The notes beneath the pieces are model-generated. The model was not told the DNA's origin, made no database searches, and saw only the letters and a program-made list of their open reading frames with translations. The translations under genes and the position numbers were made by a program. From Nymphaea colorata (lineage: Eukaryota), in NCBI RefSeq assembly GCF_008831285.2, contig NC_045138.2, positions 30,256,001 through 30,320,000 of the forward strand: a stretch of DNA of 64,000 nt, given 5' to 3'. Positions 52,246 through 64,000 of the stretch are shown in pieces. Position 1 is the stretch's first letter, and each line of letters begins with the position of its first letter.

Positions 52246-53323
52246 TTTAATGTTAAAAGTTATGTCAACATTTTCATATGCATTTGTTTGCTTATTTGCT
52301 TCACATATAACTTTTCCAAGTATAGTATAGGGGCAGGTGCGGACTCATGTGGGCAGTTACTCACCCCATTCCACATAATTTGTTTATTAGAGTGCCTTCA
52401 GCTGCTTTACTACGTATTTGAAGAGTCTAAGATGCTTTTCAAGAGTTTAAAATTGAGTTGTCATACATTAGTAAATGAGAACTAGACTCAGAATTCTCTT
52501 CCTTTTTCTTCATCATCAATGAAATCACTGTCCGTGACCCAGTATTCAATTTGATCATCAATTCAATCATTGTTCATGTTTTTTCTTATCAATGAACATA
52601 TTATCTTGGTTGTCTTGTATTTTTTGAATTACTCATCAAAAATTTCTAACTCCGTCACTGCCTTATCCTTTTCATATACTAGTAACTTGAAGCTACAAGT
52701 TATACATTGGAAAAAAAAAACATTAATTAATAACAAAGTCATCTTAGCATGGTTTAATACACTCATTAACTAGTAATCTGAAATTACAAAACACTTGATG
52801 AACAGTTTGTATTGATTCTGCTTAAATAATTCTAAACTCGTCTATTTGTGTATATATTGGGACATATTGGTGAATTCAACACTTTTAAGTAAAACCCTCG
52901 AATAATTGCGAGTCATGCCCATTTTTAATTATAGATGATTTTTTATAGAAAGAACAAGTTAACGTTCTTATTTAAAAAAATTTACTGTCGAGATAAGTTT
53001 TACCACCTCTCGTTGTACTAATTTTTCATTTTGTTTTTAAAAGGGGCGTTTTTTCTGGTTTGGCCATTGACTACAAGCCCTTTCAGAGAATTGCGATGGA
53101 TTTGAATCTAGATCAAGATTTAGAACTAACGACCCGGTTTGATTTCGGCCCTACCGAGTGCCAACCTTCTTTTCTCCTTCTGCTTTGGGGGACGGCTGCC
53201 GGACAAATCTCCCTCTCGCGTAAACCCATAAACCCTACAAATTTCAACGGCTTCTAGTTCTTCCCCCTTTCTCCTTCTCCTTCTACCTAGTTGCTGTTGG
53301 TAGACCAAAGAGGGAGTGAGAGG

Positions 53324-56300
53324 ATGGAGAGTCAGGATCGGCAGTGCCAGGTCGACCTGGGGAACCTCATGGCTTTCGACCCTCTCTATCGTTTCACTCC
53401 TCCTCCCACAAGGTACTCTCTCTCTCTCTATCTGTGTGTGTGTGTTTGTCTCACATCTTCTTGTGGGGTCTTTTGTTAACCAGGGAAGAGGCGGCCCAGG
53501 AATGCCTTCGAAAGGGGACTGAGCTGATTCAGGCGGTGGCAGACGTCCTTTTTGCGCTCCCATCGACCGAAGATCTCGATGGGCCGCTGGTTCAGCTTCC
53601 TCCTCCCACCACCAGGTTGCCCCGAGAGAAGCATGTGAGAATTTACTTTCTATTAGCTTATTTTTTTTTGTTCTCTCTCCCTCTCTGCTTTTGAACGCCT
53701 TGGTGTTCGTCTTAATGCAAAACGAAGCATTTTTTTCCCTCCATGGATGATGCTCTCTCTAGTGAACTCGTGCCACCGTGTCTAAATCTTGTGGGGTTTT
53801 AAGTGTTGCTGTATTTTTTGATAGTTCGAGTTTGTTCGACTTATGGACACCCGGAAAAAGTGGGATAAGCTGGGAAATTGAGATATACAGGCAAAGTGCT
53901 GTCGCAACTAGAAAATTGGATATATGAGGATTTCATGAGATTATGTTTGAAACAGGCAGTGGGTCAACTAGCATTCACTTCATAGGAAAACAAACCACGT
54001 TGTTCGCCAGTAATTGAGCTTCTACATGCTTCTGAGAATTGGTGTAAATTGGTTCCCGAAGAAGTGTACTTGTTTACTTGTTGGTGTCTGCTGCTGCAAG
54101 GGTACAGCAGTCAGAAGTCTCTCCTGGTGGGCAAGCTTTGGTTCTCCAGTTACACCTGAGAAGAATAAAAGGCTGGTTCCCCTTGTTATTTAACAGAGAA
54201 AAAATGGTCTAAATCAACCACTTGTAGGGATTCAGCGAATTCGCATGGTTTTAATTTTTAAATAAAGAGAAGGCTAATGTCAAAACGCCGGAGTGAAGGG
54301 CGTTGTTGTCGTAATTTGTAAGCCAACCAGTTTGCTTGTGTTGATTGTTGATTTGAACATTCCAGTGTATGAGAACATGAGTATGAGATAGACTTTCATT
54401 GTCACTGGATTTCAATGTGTGGACTTTGTGATGGGGATGGATTTTGGTTCAATGTTGGATGAAATACCTTGTGGAGATGTCCATTACTAAGCATATTCAT
54501 GATTAATAAGTAGGTGAATAAAGCGCAATGCTAATCTTTACTTGAGCTAAGTTGAGTAGGCCTAACTCTGGTTGTGCTGCTTGTTTACACTGTTTCTCAT
54601 TGACAAATGAAAATACTTGCCATGTTTCAGTCATTGTTTACGTTCCATTTTAAGGGTTATCTTATTTCCATCAAAAATTTGCACACGAAGGTTTCTTCTC
54701 CTACTATGCTAGGTGTTCTAAGTATTTTAAAGGATGAGGTAACCCATTATTTCATTTTTTGGAAAAAAACAGTACACTTTTTCTGCACATTGAGATCATT
54801 GATCCCTCACTTTGTCTGTTCTGGCGAAAGGAGTCATTCAAATTCTGCTGAGTGGAAATATCTTAAAAAATTTCTTCTGTTAAAATCTCATGTTCTACTT
54901 ATTCACTGATGGTTTTTTTTTTCTTCAGATCCCAAGGTCGAAGCCTCCTACAAAATGGGAACAGTTCGCTCAAAAGAAAGGTGAACTATTTGACTGTCTT
55001 GCTTGAGTAATTTATGTCATCCTTACTGGATGAATGTGTGTTGTCAACTTTGCTGTAATGTGTGTTGTCAACTTTGCTGTTCAAGCTTGCATTCTGATTT
55101 ATTAAAATGGTATTCTTCATACATTTCTGACAGGAATTAAAAAGCGTAAAAAGAGCAAGCTTGTTTTGGATGCTCAAACACGTCAATGGAAACGACGATA
55201 TGGATATGATCGTGCAGGAGATGATAAGAATATCCCAATCATTGAGGCCAAGGAATCAGATGGTAATTCTTTCTATTTTCACTTCATGTTGTGGTTCTGG
55301 ACTCTTTAAGCTGTGTCGATGTCATTTACAGGTCAGAAGACAAGAAATTAGAGTTGAAAATTTCATAATAACACATATGATGGCCTCAAATCTTTAACGC
55401 TGTTGAAGTTATAGCATAAAAATAGCATACTTCTTCGTACATGGCATTTGCCAGTATTGCTTTCCATATTAGTGAATCCAAAATATGCGAGTTTACAGAG
55501 TTGTGGATTTCTCATTGTGTATGCTGGGGGGTTTCTGTATTTGTACTTGTCTTTATGGTCCATCTCTCATAACTTTGGGTTCGTCAAATGTTTCTTTGGC
55601 CATTGTTACAGAGCCAGGAGTGGATCCCTTTAGCAAGAGAAAAGCTGAGAAGAGAAAACGTGTTGAAAAGCAAGAAAAGAACCGGCTGCAGAATCTAAAG
55701 CAGGCTGCAAAAGTTGGTGCCTTGCCAAGGTCAGTCCCTGAGTGAACCAGAGCTGTTTCTAGTTGTATATAAACTCCTGTTTAGCTCTGAAAAATAAATA
55801 AGGCTATCTTGGCCATTCTTTTGACTATTTGATTATGCAAAACTATCCTAGATTTATGAAACCGTGTCTTTCAGTTTTTCTGCTCTGCTTCCTAAATTTT
55901 TATTCAACTGGATAACCAAAGTAATTACATGTGCAAGGTTCACTTGACATGGGAAACTGAAAACTACAATTTGTCTCTAGCTGTCACAATGATGGAATCT
56001 TCCGGCTTTTTTCAGCACTGTGCAACTTGCTGCAAGGGCATTGCCTATAACTGGCACGAAGGAACCACCCAAGAAATTTACCAAGCAAGAGCTGGAGAGT
56101 ACCGCTGGTTTAGCAGGAATTGCTACAGCAAGTGGCGGCAAGTTTGATAAGAAGCTGCCTGGGGAGAAACCTGCTAAACATTCCGGAAAGCATCGTAAAG
56201 TAGTCATCAGTAACTTTTGCCTTCTGAATGAGTTTCAGTTTTCTATTTAACTTCTAAATTAAAATGGTCTACGTCTTGTGCACAGTTTCTTCCTGTTGTT

Positions 56301-56868
56301 GAAGGTTCTGGCATTGGTGCGAAGGAAAAGCAACAAAGTGATAAGATTTTGAAGAGACTCCTTGAGAAGAACTCCCATGATATACTCAACGTAGACAAGG
56401 TCAGACATATTCCTTTCATGTATACTTGTCCTTTGTAGAGCCTTAGTTTAGTAATGCAACAGAAAATAATCTTAATCTTATAGTTTGGTCATAGTGGAAG
56501 GACTTAAAGGCATTCAGTAACCTTTGCTGAAGGAGATTCTGTTTAAAAGTTTGGGTAATGCATATCTTGGCCTTAGCTGTCCGTTTGCAAAACTGCATCC
56601 AAGGACAAAACCGAGCTAACTTCAAGGCATCCTGTAATCATGATAAGAGGCCTGCAAATTGTCTATTAATTTTCCAGACGAATAATGTCTGATTTAGCAA
56701 ATTCATGTTTCTTTAATTCATGGTATTGGTGTTTTAGGAAAATGATTGATTGCCGATCTGAAAAATTAAGTTTCTTTCTCATTTTTGTTAAGCTAAGGGA
56801 AGTTACAGAGAAATTAAGTTCTACCACAGCATTTCAGCACTAACAAGTTTCTTGTGCTTCCTACTTTC

Positions 56869-56903
<35 letters not shown>

Positions 56904-57121
56904 TGTGCCCTTTGGTGTCTTGGGTTTTTCTAGTAGTCATTTTTGTTAATCATCTCCAGGAACAAGTTGATTAACTTCCGTTTTTTCTCTTGTAGGCTGT
57001 TTCCATGTTCAATGTGAAGGAAGAACAGAAACGAAGGAAGCAGCGGGAATCCAACTCCTCATCCTCCAAATTTAAACCGAAGAAGAAAGCTTTCAAAAAG
57101 TCCACAAAGAAAAGCGAATAA
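53324..57121 (+). CDS. RRS1: Ribosome biogenesis regulatory protein RRS1 homolog, 8 exons, 320 aa
   Basis: Exons: 53324-53412, 53484-53634, 54929-54980, 55134-55262, 55612-55729, 56016-56199, 56286-56399, 56996-57121. Total 963 nt in frame. Motifs [61 protein letters not shown] and a Lys-rich tail. Confidence 0.95.
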
Positions 57122-59236
57122 GCCATCGAAGGAATTCATCTTCTCTTTCTGCATCTCCTCCTCCTTTTGAGAGCGCCACTTTAATGCGGGAATATTTGGG
57201 AAATGCTTTTGTTATTTATTTAACTTGTTAAGTAAATCATGTCTTGTTAATTGTCTTTATCTAATGCCATCAAAATATTTTGTTATAGTAACACTAACAT
57301 GGTTCTTCAAGTCCTATTTTTTTCTTATTTTACAAGATTATACAGAGGCGTTGTGTGGAGCTGGACTTTCTTGACTCTTATCTTCTACCTCCACTCTGTT
57401 GGTATACTGATATGCTCAACAAGTTCAATTACCATCTTTTTTGCGTTTGCTCCGTACTCTCACTGATTGCTCTTTCTCTCTCTAAAGCTCATAGACCTGT
57501 GGAATTTAAATCCACTTAGAAATCACTCTCTGAACTGGATCCTGCAATTACGTTGATGGAAACTGAAATCTGGGGATATAGGGGACCAGATCCAGGATGG
57601 GTAAGCACAACGGATGTCAGGCTGGAAACTAGAATAGGGCTTGAAACATGGCAAAAATTGTAAAATCATCATACTGGGTTAGATGCATTTCCAATCTTGT
57701 TCTTGTGAGGTATCAGTTTTGGATTAATTTTTCTGTGCTTGTTTTCAAAATTATAGTTTTCTGTACCACTATTAGTTCACATGATAACTATAGATCCGGA
57801 ATGGTAGGAAAGTCGTGTCCTTTATTATTTTCGAGATATAATCCACTTGTAAGGAATATTTGTACAAAATTAACATTCCATAATTTCGGCAATTGACTAT
57901 GCTCTGTCCTACCATAGCTAACATACATTTAGTGATGTCCTTGTTTTACACATCTTTTAGTACCCCTTTGCAATCTGAATATGCTTAATACAAAAATATG
58001 AATTCAGTTGGTAACTAGATTTGTGCTTTGTGCTGACGATTTTTTTGCAGAATTGGATGCGTATAAGCATGTTTTTACATGTAAAAAACTTGAATTTGGT
58101 TTTGCTTTTTGTACATTAAATTCAAGTCTGATTCTGCATCTGATTAAGCAAATATGCGATTAGTCAAAGTAATCGGTTTACGTCCACTCCAGAACATTAT
58201 ATTGGTATGCAAAATAATATAAAGAAATTGACGAATACTGTGTATAGGTTCCACGATCGTGTATTAGAGAAGTACCATTTTTTACGTTTCTGACAACGTT
58301 TAATTCTGTAAGTGTTCTTCAAATAACATTAGTTGAAGAGAAAATTTGAGCACATCATTTATGATTTCATGTATGAGAAATCTTTTCTTTTTCTCCTTTT
58401 CTCACGAGAGGAGAGAACATAAATTCATTAATGGATACGACATGGAAATTTAATGGGCACTTTTCAAACATCTAGTTGCGTGTTCTTCATCTTGGCCCAT
58501 TTTTTCTGGAAACCAAGTCTTTTCCTATTGTTGGGCCAACTTGTGAACCAGTGGTTCTTATGAACGGATTACTCTATCTCTCTACAGGCCAACAAAATTA
58601 TACTATTATGTCGACCAAATATAATTGTTTTGTAAGAATCAAAACTTGGGTTGCTTGATTGCGATGTGTTTATAGGTCTTCATGCAGGTTTTAGATCGAT
58701 GGCCTAGGAATTTTCATAAATACTTCGGCCTCTAAAAATTCTTTAGCCTCAAAAACTATTTTTTATTTTTTAAATGCGTTACAGGGGCTGAATGTTTTTT
58801 CTCAAATTTTTGCAAGGGCAATACTGAAATTTTAAAAAATTATAGCATGTTTTTTTGAAAAAAATCCCATTTTTTTTTTCAAATTTTTGCAAGGGCCACA
58901 CTGAAATTTTTAAAAATTATAGCATGTATTTTTTGAAGAAAAATCCCATTGGCTTTGCCCTGACTAAGGCTTAGGACCCCATTTTTTTTATCATAATTGG
59001 CATATTCATGGTCACAGGTTCCGTGAAGTTTCAAGGTCTCAACTTTGTAGTGCGAAGAAAACTTTTTATTGCATGATCGAACATAAAATAGAGAGAAAAT
59101 GATGGGTGCAAAATGCACTTCGAAGATATTATGATTATTAACAATTGCCAGTGGTATCTGGAAACATGAAACCAAGAAATGCCACAATTTACACAAAAAA
59201 AAAAACTACAAAGAAATGGCTCATTGTAATTGAATT

Positions 59237-59837
59237 TGGGGATGTATATGGATTGAATTTAGATTGGATATCTGATCAAACTACTCAGAAAAAAGGGATA
59301 TTCGGAAAAAAAGAACTTCAACGGGAAATAAAAGGGCTGCACACAAGTTGAGCCTACTCGGGTTCGACTTGGACTTGTTCGTGCTCGAGCTAGCTCAGCT
59401 CGAGCTCGACTCCGCTTGTGTGCAGCCCTGGAGCCTACCCGCCGCAGTGTTGCATCAGAAAACAAAAAAAAGGTTTAACATCTGATTAAGATATCAAATC
59501 CAGACTTAGGGAATGATCTCCGATCAGATTCGGTTTTAAATACTGATCGAATAATAAGGATAATAAGTGTCAGTATAGTCAGCTAAAAATTTCTGATAGC
59601 CGACATCCATATATTCTAAAAGTTGTTCTTAACATATCTTAATGAGGTTCAGGCTGGGTTCGGGATTTAAACTTCATATTTAGATTCAATTGTGAATTTA
59701 AAAGTCAGATTTAGATTCGATTGTGTATTTAAAAACTAAAGGTGAGATTTGGGTCAGATTTAGATTTTGAATTAAAAGTCTGATATAAAATTTTCTTTAC
59801 TTGCATCAAATTCGAATCCAATCCATTGACATCCTTA
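59237..59837. mobile_element. hAT-type MITE (~600 bp) carrying a nested smaller element
   Basis: Left end TGGGGATGTATATGGATT vs reverse complement of right end TAAGGATGTCAATGGATT. Flanks ATTGAATT / GTTGAAGT match 6 of 8. GATTCG/GATCCG-rich interior. Confidence 0.6.
59333..59428. mobile_element. Miniature 96-bp hAT-type element with perfect 15-bp TIRs
   Basis: AGGGCTGCACACAAG (59333-59347) and CTTGTGTGCAGCCCT (59414-59428). GAGCTCGAG subterminal motifs. No TSD found. Confidence 0.75.
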
Positions 59838-60977
59838 GTTGAAGTTAGACTGTCCTCCACTAGGAACAAAACATTGATCGGAATCTGAGGGAAAGTAGGC
59901 TCCCATCCTTTATTAGAAATAAAAGAATATTATGTACAAGAAAGAATAAAGAACTAACCAGCAACAATTAAAGAACCATCCAGCTCCTCAATCTGAACTG
60001 CAGATGCCCGAAGCAATTGGCAAACAATAAAGCAAAGCAGTTAATCCCTTTCAGCCATGATCGAAAATCTGGTTTTCGTTCTGGTCCACATATGATCATA
60101 ATGCAGAAAAATGGAAAGCATGTGAAACCACCCGTCCACATGATCACAACGCAGAAAATAGAAAGCATGTCAAGGAAACGACGTTTTCAATCTTTCAGGT
60201 AGCTAAGAGCTAGAAAGAAAGAATGAGAAGCTTCTAACTATCGCCACATGAAGGCATGTATTATATTCCTTTGCTTGAACAATCCATATAGAAATTCAGT
60301 TTGTCAAGTTATATATATATGTGTGTGTGTAGTGTTTTGTGAGTGATCAATTTAATCAAGTAGATGACTCAAAATCGGTCAATGTAGCCTCATATTTACT
60401 TCACATATATAATAAATTAATAAGGTATGAATTTGCCTATTCAATCATCTGATCTATTCATGAGTTTACAAATCTTTATAACCGAAACGTATATCACCTA
60501 GTTTTATAATTATTTAATCAAATTATATATATAGTTTACAAATCGTTATAACCAAAACATATATCCCCTAGTTTCATATTTAATTAATCAACAATATATA
60601 TATATATATATATATTATAAAAAGACCGATTATCCGAATCTATTGTCCCTGTCACATTCAGAATATTGACAGGTGGTCCTACGTTCCTTCTCACACGGGA
60701 CGAGTTTGGAAAGCTGAATCTTTGACATCGAGCTCGCAGGGCCCTCGTCCACAAACTTTTAAACCATAAAAGCAACCGTGTATCTTTCGGTAGGATAGTC
60801 CGAACCGCATCTTTTTCTTTTTTGGTGAGCTAAAAATTAGCAGCTGAATACATAAAAAAGAGTTCTGCAAGCATCATTATCTTTTCCTAATTCCCTTCAC
60901 CTCTTGGATTCTGGGTTGTGTCAGATGGGTGGGATACGGCACACTTGTCGACTAAAGTTATCTTACAATTTACGTAA

Positions 60978-61050
60978 GTAGCACCAATGAGAATTGAACC
61001 GACGATGTGCCTTTTACATGATCCAACCCAACCAGTTATATTACACCTCT
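60978..61050 (-). mobile_element. tRNA-derived SINE-like relic
   Basis: A-box-like TAATATAACTGG (61043-61032) and B box GGTTCAATTCT (61000-60990). Shares CACCA(A)TGAGAAT..AACC with the 4.5-kb element. Confidence 0.4.
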
Positions 61051-61240
61051 TGAAGCAAACAGCTTATACCCTAAGTAAGATCCATGCCCAACCGGCAATG
61101 AGTTCACTTATACTGCACCATCTCATAGTTTAAAAAATGTGCAAGTAATCCCTTCATAAAATTGGCTCAGGGTGTAGATCTGCTCATGTCCATGATCAAT
61201 AGGTAGCTGGTCCCTGGTTCAAGGATACAAATGCTCACAA

Positions 61241-61334
61241 GCTGAAGGTTCCAACTTAAACTTCGACGTAGCTCTAGACTCCAGGGGCTGAAGGTTCCAA
61301 CTTAAACTTCGACGTAGCTCTAGACTCCAGGGGC
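61241..61334. repeat. Perfect tandem duplication, 2 x 46 bp
   Basis: GCTGAAGGTTCCAACTTAAACTTCGACGTAGCTCTAGACTCCAGGG at 61241 and 61287. Confidence 0.95.
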
Positions 61335-63066
61335 AGGAGAATAAGGGCTTTGGCTCTCATTTTGAGTGTTTGGATTACATATTCCTCATACTCACCAGAT
61401 CAATTCATAAAACTGGTGGATGTGAAATTGGAGCTCCACTCGTTTGGCTTACAAAGAACACCTCAGAGCTTTTATATCTACCAAAAAAGCTTACTCAGCT
61501 AAGTGCTAGAGTTGAAAGTGAGACCTTGAAGTTGAAGTTCAAGAGTTCATTACTATCAAAAACTAATTCACATTCAATCATCATCTACAAGTCATAGTTT
61601 ATACACTGATCAACAAAATGAGTAAGAAAAAAAAGCTTTACAAAACATTGGCAAAACGGATCATGTAGGAATCTTCATTGCTTGGATTAGAATAGCGCAA
61701 GGAAACCGGAAATCCTCACTCAAATTTAATATTAGTCAAAATAGTAAAAATCTCATAACCACGTCCTAAACGCTCATGCTCTTGAATGGGCAAGGAGTTC
61801 TGCACTTTTCAGTTGTTTAGTCTCCTTTGAACAGTGAATGGGATTCTCATGAATCAAACAAGCTTATTGTTGCCTCATGATAGTGAATGATTTAATTCAA
61901 TCACCCCAAACAGAACAAAGGAGAGAGAAAGTGAGACGGCCCATCGGAAAATAATGGACAGCTAAAAATGGTAGGCATCAGGTGGGTAGCTGTGAGGTCA
62001 AAAGCAAACAGGTATTTCATGTTTGGTGAAATATTCTGAGTCAAATGCAACGAAGGGTCAAAGAAATTCCACTTCCACCAACACCAACAAGTTCGCCATG
62101 TTTGATTTCTTGCTACCAACCTCTCAAATATCTATTTGTGAAAATTTTCCTAGGCGAAGTTTGGTTATCTCAAATCTTTCAACAAATTGCAGGTTTGAAA
62201 GCCGTAAATTTACAATTTTTGTTATGCTTTAGATTTTTAAAACTTAAATTAAAACGGAAGAATCTCAAGACAAGTCAAGAAAAGTCTATGATTTATAAAT
62301 TTTTTAAGATGACGTGATTAGACATGTTCTAAACAAAATGATCATTTGGAAGTTGCAAACGCCATTTAAGGAAAGGAAGAAATGGCTACGTTTATTTTTC
62401 CTAGGTAAATAAGTTCGCACTATGGCCCATAGAATTCAAACCTGTGACTTGATATCTGCCGGCTAAGGGAAAAACTGTTTGCAAAACTACCACCATGCAT
62501 GAAATTTCAGAAAATGCGTTCACCTACATATAAAGTTATAGCCACTAGTATCACTTCATACCGGACATAAAAGATTTTTTAGAATTATCACTTTGCCTTC
62601 GCTGCTATAATATCAGCCTTCAAAATGATAATTTATTCCTGTTTTTAGAACTAAAGAAATTGAATTAGATGAATAAACAATAGCCTTTCCCTTCTTTTCG
62701 ATGCAAAGAAACAAGTGATTGAAATAAATAAATCCTCCTCTAATCCCCCAAGGAAACCGACGAACGAGGAATACGACCAAAACCCAATCCGTGGAATTAA
62801 AGTGAAGAACACAAAGGGTGAGGGTACTCCTCTAAGCCCTCCTTGTAGGTAGAGAGAGTAGTGAGGGAGAGGGAAGAGGTCTGACGCCCACCAACTTTTC
62901 TCCCTCGCTGCAGGGAATCTCTCTTGAAACCTAAACGTCAGAGAGGAGACGATTTGCTCGACACCCACCTTGTTTTTTCCGTCACTTGCTTGTATCCTCC
63001 CGGAAAAATGTATTGAGGAACCTTCCAATTTGGAAGACGAAGAAGAAGAAGAGCAGAAACATCGAT

Positions 63067-63774
63067 ATGGGTAAGTGGGGAGTGGAAAGCAGAGAGAACA
63101 TGGGGAAGATTGTATCAGTTTCTACATCGGAAGAGGCCTTCCAATGGAATCCGATCGATGGTATTGTTCAGAACTGGAAAAAGATGGAAAAAATCGTCTC
63201 TTTATCGTTATCCGATATGGGTTTTGCATGGAACGAGCCCATGGTCGGCTTCGCTCCCGGTGGCTTGTTTGCTAGCGTTGGGCAGGTGGGTGTAGGCGTG
63301 GGGATTCCTCCTAATCATCCGAGGGGGGAAGATGGTCAGAGGCAGATCCAGAGGATGATGGCGCCGGAGCTCCCTGGTGCGGATCTGTATGGGAAGTACT
63401 TGGCATCAGTGACCCCGTCGTCGACTTCGTCTGAGTTGCCGCAGCTTGGGCTTTGTAAGATTGAAATTCCGGAGAAAGAGGCCGAGGAGGAGCTGGTTGA
63501 GGGAGTTAACACGAGAGTGAAGAAGAAGAACCGTTTTAGGATTAGGGTCCGGAATGCTTCACTGAGGCGATTAATCAGTGGTGCAGTTGCTGGAGCGGTT
63601 TCTAGGACGGCAGTGGCGCCGTTGGAGACGATAAGGACTCATCTGATGGTTGGTAGCAGTGGGAACTCTACGCTGGAAGTGTTTAAGACTATAATGGAGG
63701 TAGATGGATGGAAGGGATTGTTTAGGGGGAATTTGGTTAATGTTATCCGGGTGGCCCCTAGCAAAGCTATTGAG
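63067..63774 (+). CDS. BT1: Adenine nucleotide transporter BT1 (Brittle1, mitochondrial carrier family), first coding exon; gene continues beyond the window
   Basis: GGLFASVGQ motif, then NASLRRLISGAVAGAVSRTAVAPLETIRTHLMVGSSG and GWKGLFRGNLVNVIRVAPSKAIE. Donor GAG|GTGCGT after 63774 (phase 0). Confidence 0.93.
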
Positions 63775-64000
63775 GTGCGTTGCAGTATCCGGCAATCTCT
63801 TGTTGTTCTTTATTTTTTTTATTTTTCTGATTTGATTGCTTTTTAAATTGGGAACGATGATGTCTTCGTTTGTTCATATGTGTGGTTTCTTTTGATTTCT
63901 GTGGTATCTGTATGTGGGATATCGGGGATGACTTGTTGGATGAATCATGGTATATAGTGTTGCATGCTGCTTTTCCTGTCTTTGTTTTGCAGCCACAAAC

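Noticed and set aside
61241..61334. 46-bp direct repeats as a CRISPR-like array
   Set aside because: Only two adjacent copies with no spacer, in plant nuclear DNA with no cas genes.
62986..63066. N-terminal extension of the BT1 ORF (MLVSSRK...) and read-through past 63774
   Set aside because: Starts at TTG in a probable 5' UTR. The C-terminal tail is intron sequence after a canonical donor.

Overview
Eukaryotic (flowering-plant) nuclear DNA, AT-rich between genes, with no prokaryotic features. I can support eight protein-coding genes. Minus strand: a membrane-anchored DnaJ/DUF1977 co-chaperone (DNAJB12/14-like), an intronless TPT-family sugar-phosphate/nucleotide-sugar transporter, and two tandem EG45-like (plant natriuretic peptide-like) genes. 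Plus strand: an intronless PLS-class E+ PPR protein, a 14-exon AFG1-like ATPase (600 aa), an 8-exon RRS1 gene (320 aa), and the first exon of a BT1 adenine nucleotide carrier cut off by the window end. Intergenic and intronic DNA holds hAT-type and Tourist-type MITEs (some with intact TSDs, one nested pair), tRNA-derived SINE-like relics, a chromovirus Ty3/gypsy fragment, a possible solo LTR, an L1 relic, microsatellites and many short tandem duplications. I found no clearly new multi-gene system. The most interesting local oddities are a duplicated splice donor that creates a potential poison micro-exon in AFG1, a ~550-bp intronic fold-back in AFG1, a duplicated ATG-initiated N-terminal module in BT1, the 7-nt terminal coding exons of the EG45 pair, and an AG|GT junction in the DnaJ 3' UTR. 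Exon boundaries were read by eye from GT-AG signals and frame continuity. Family assignments come from recalled motifs, not database searches.
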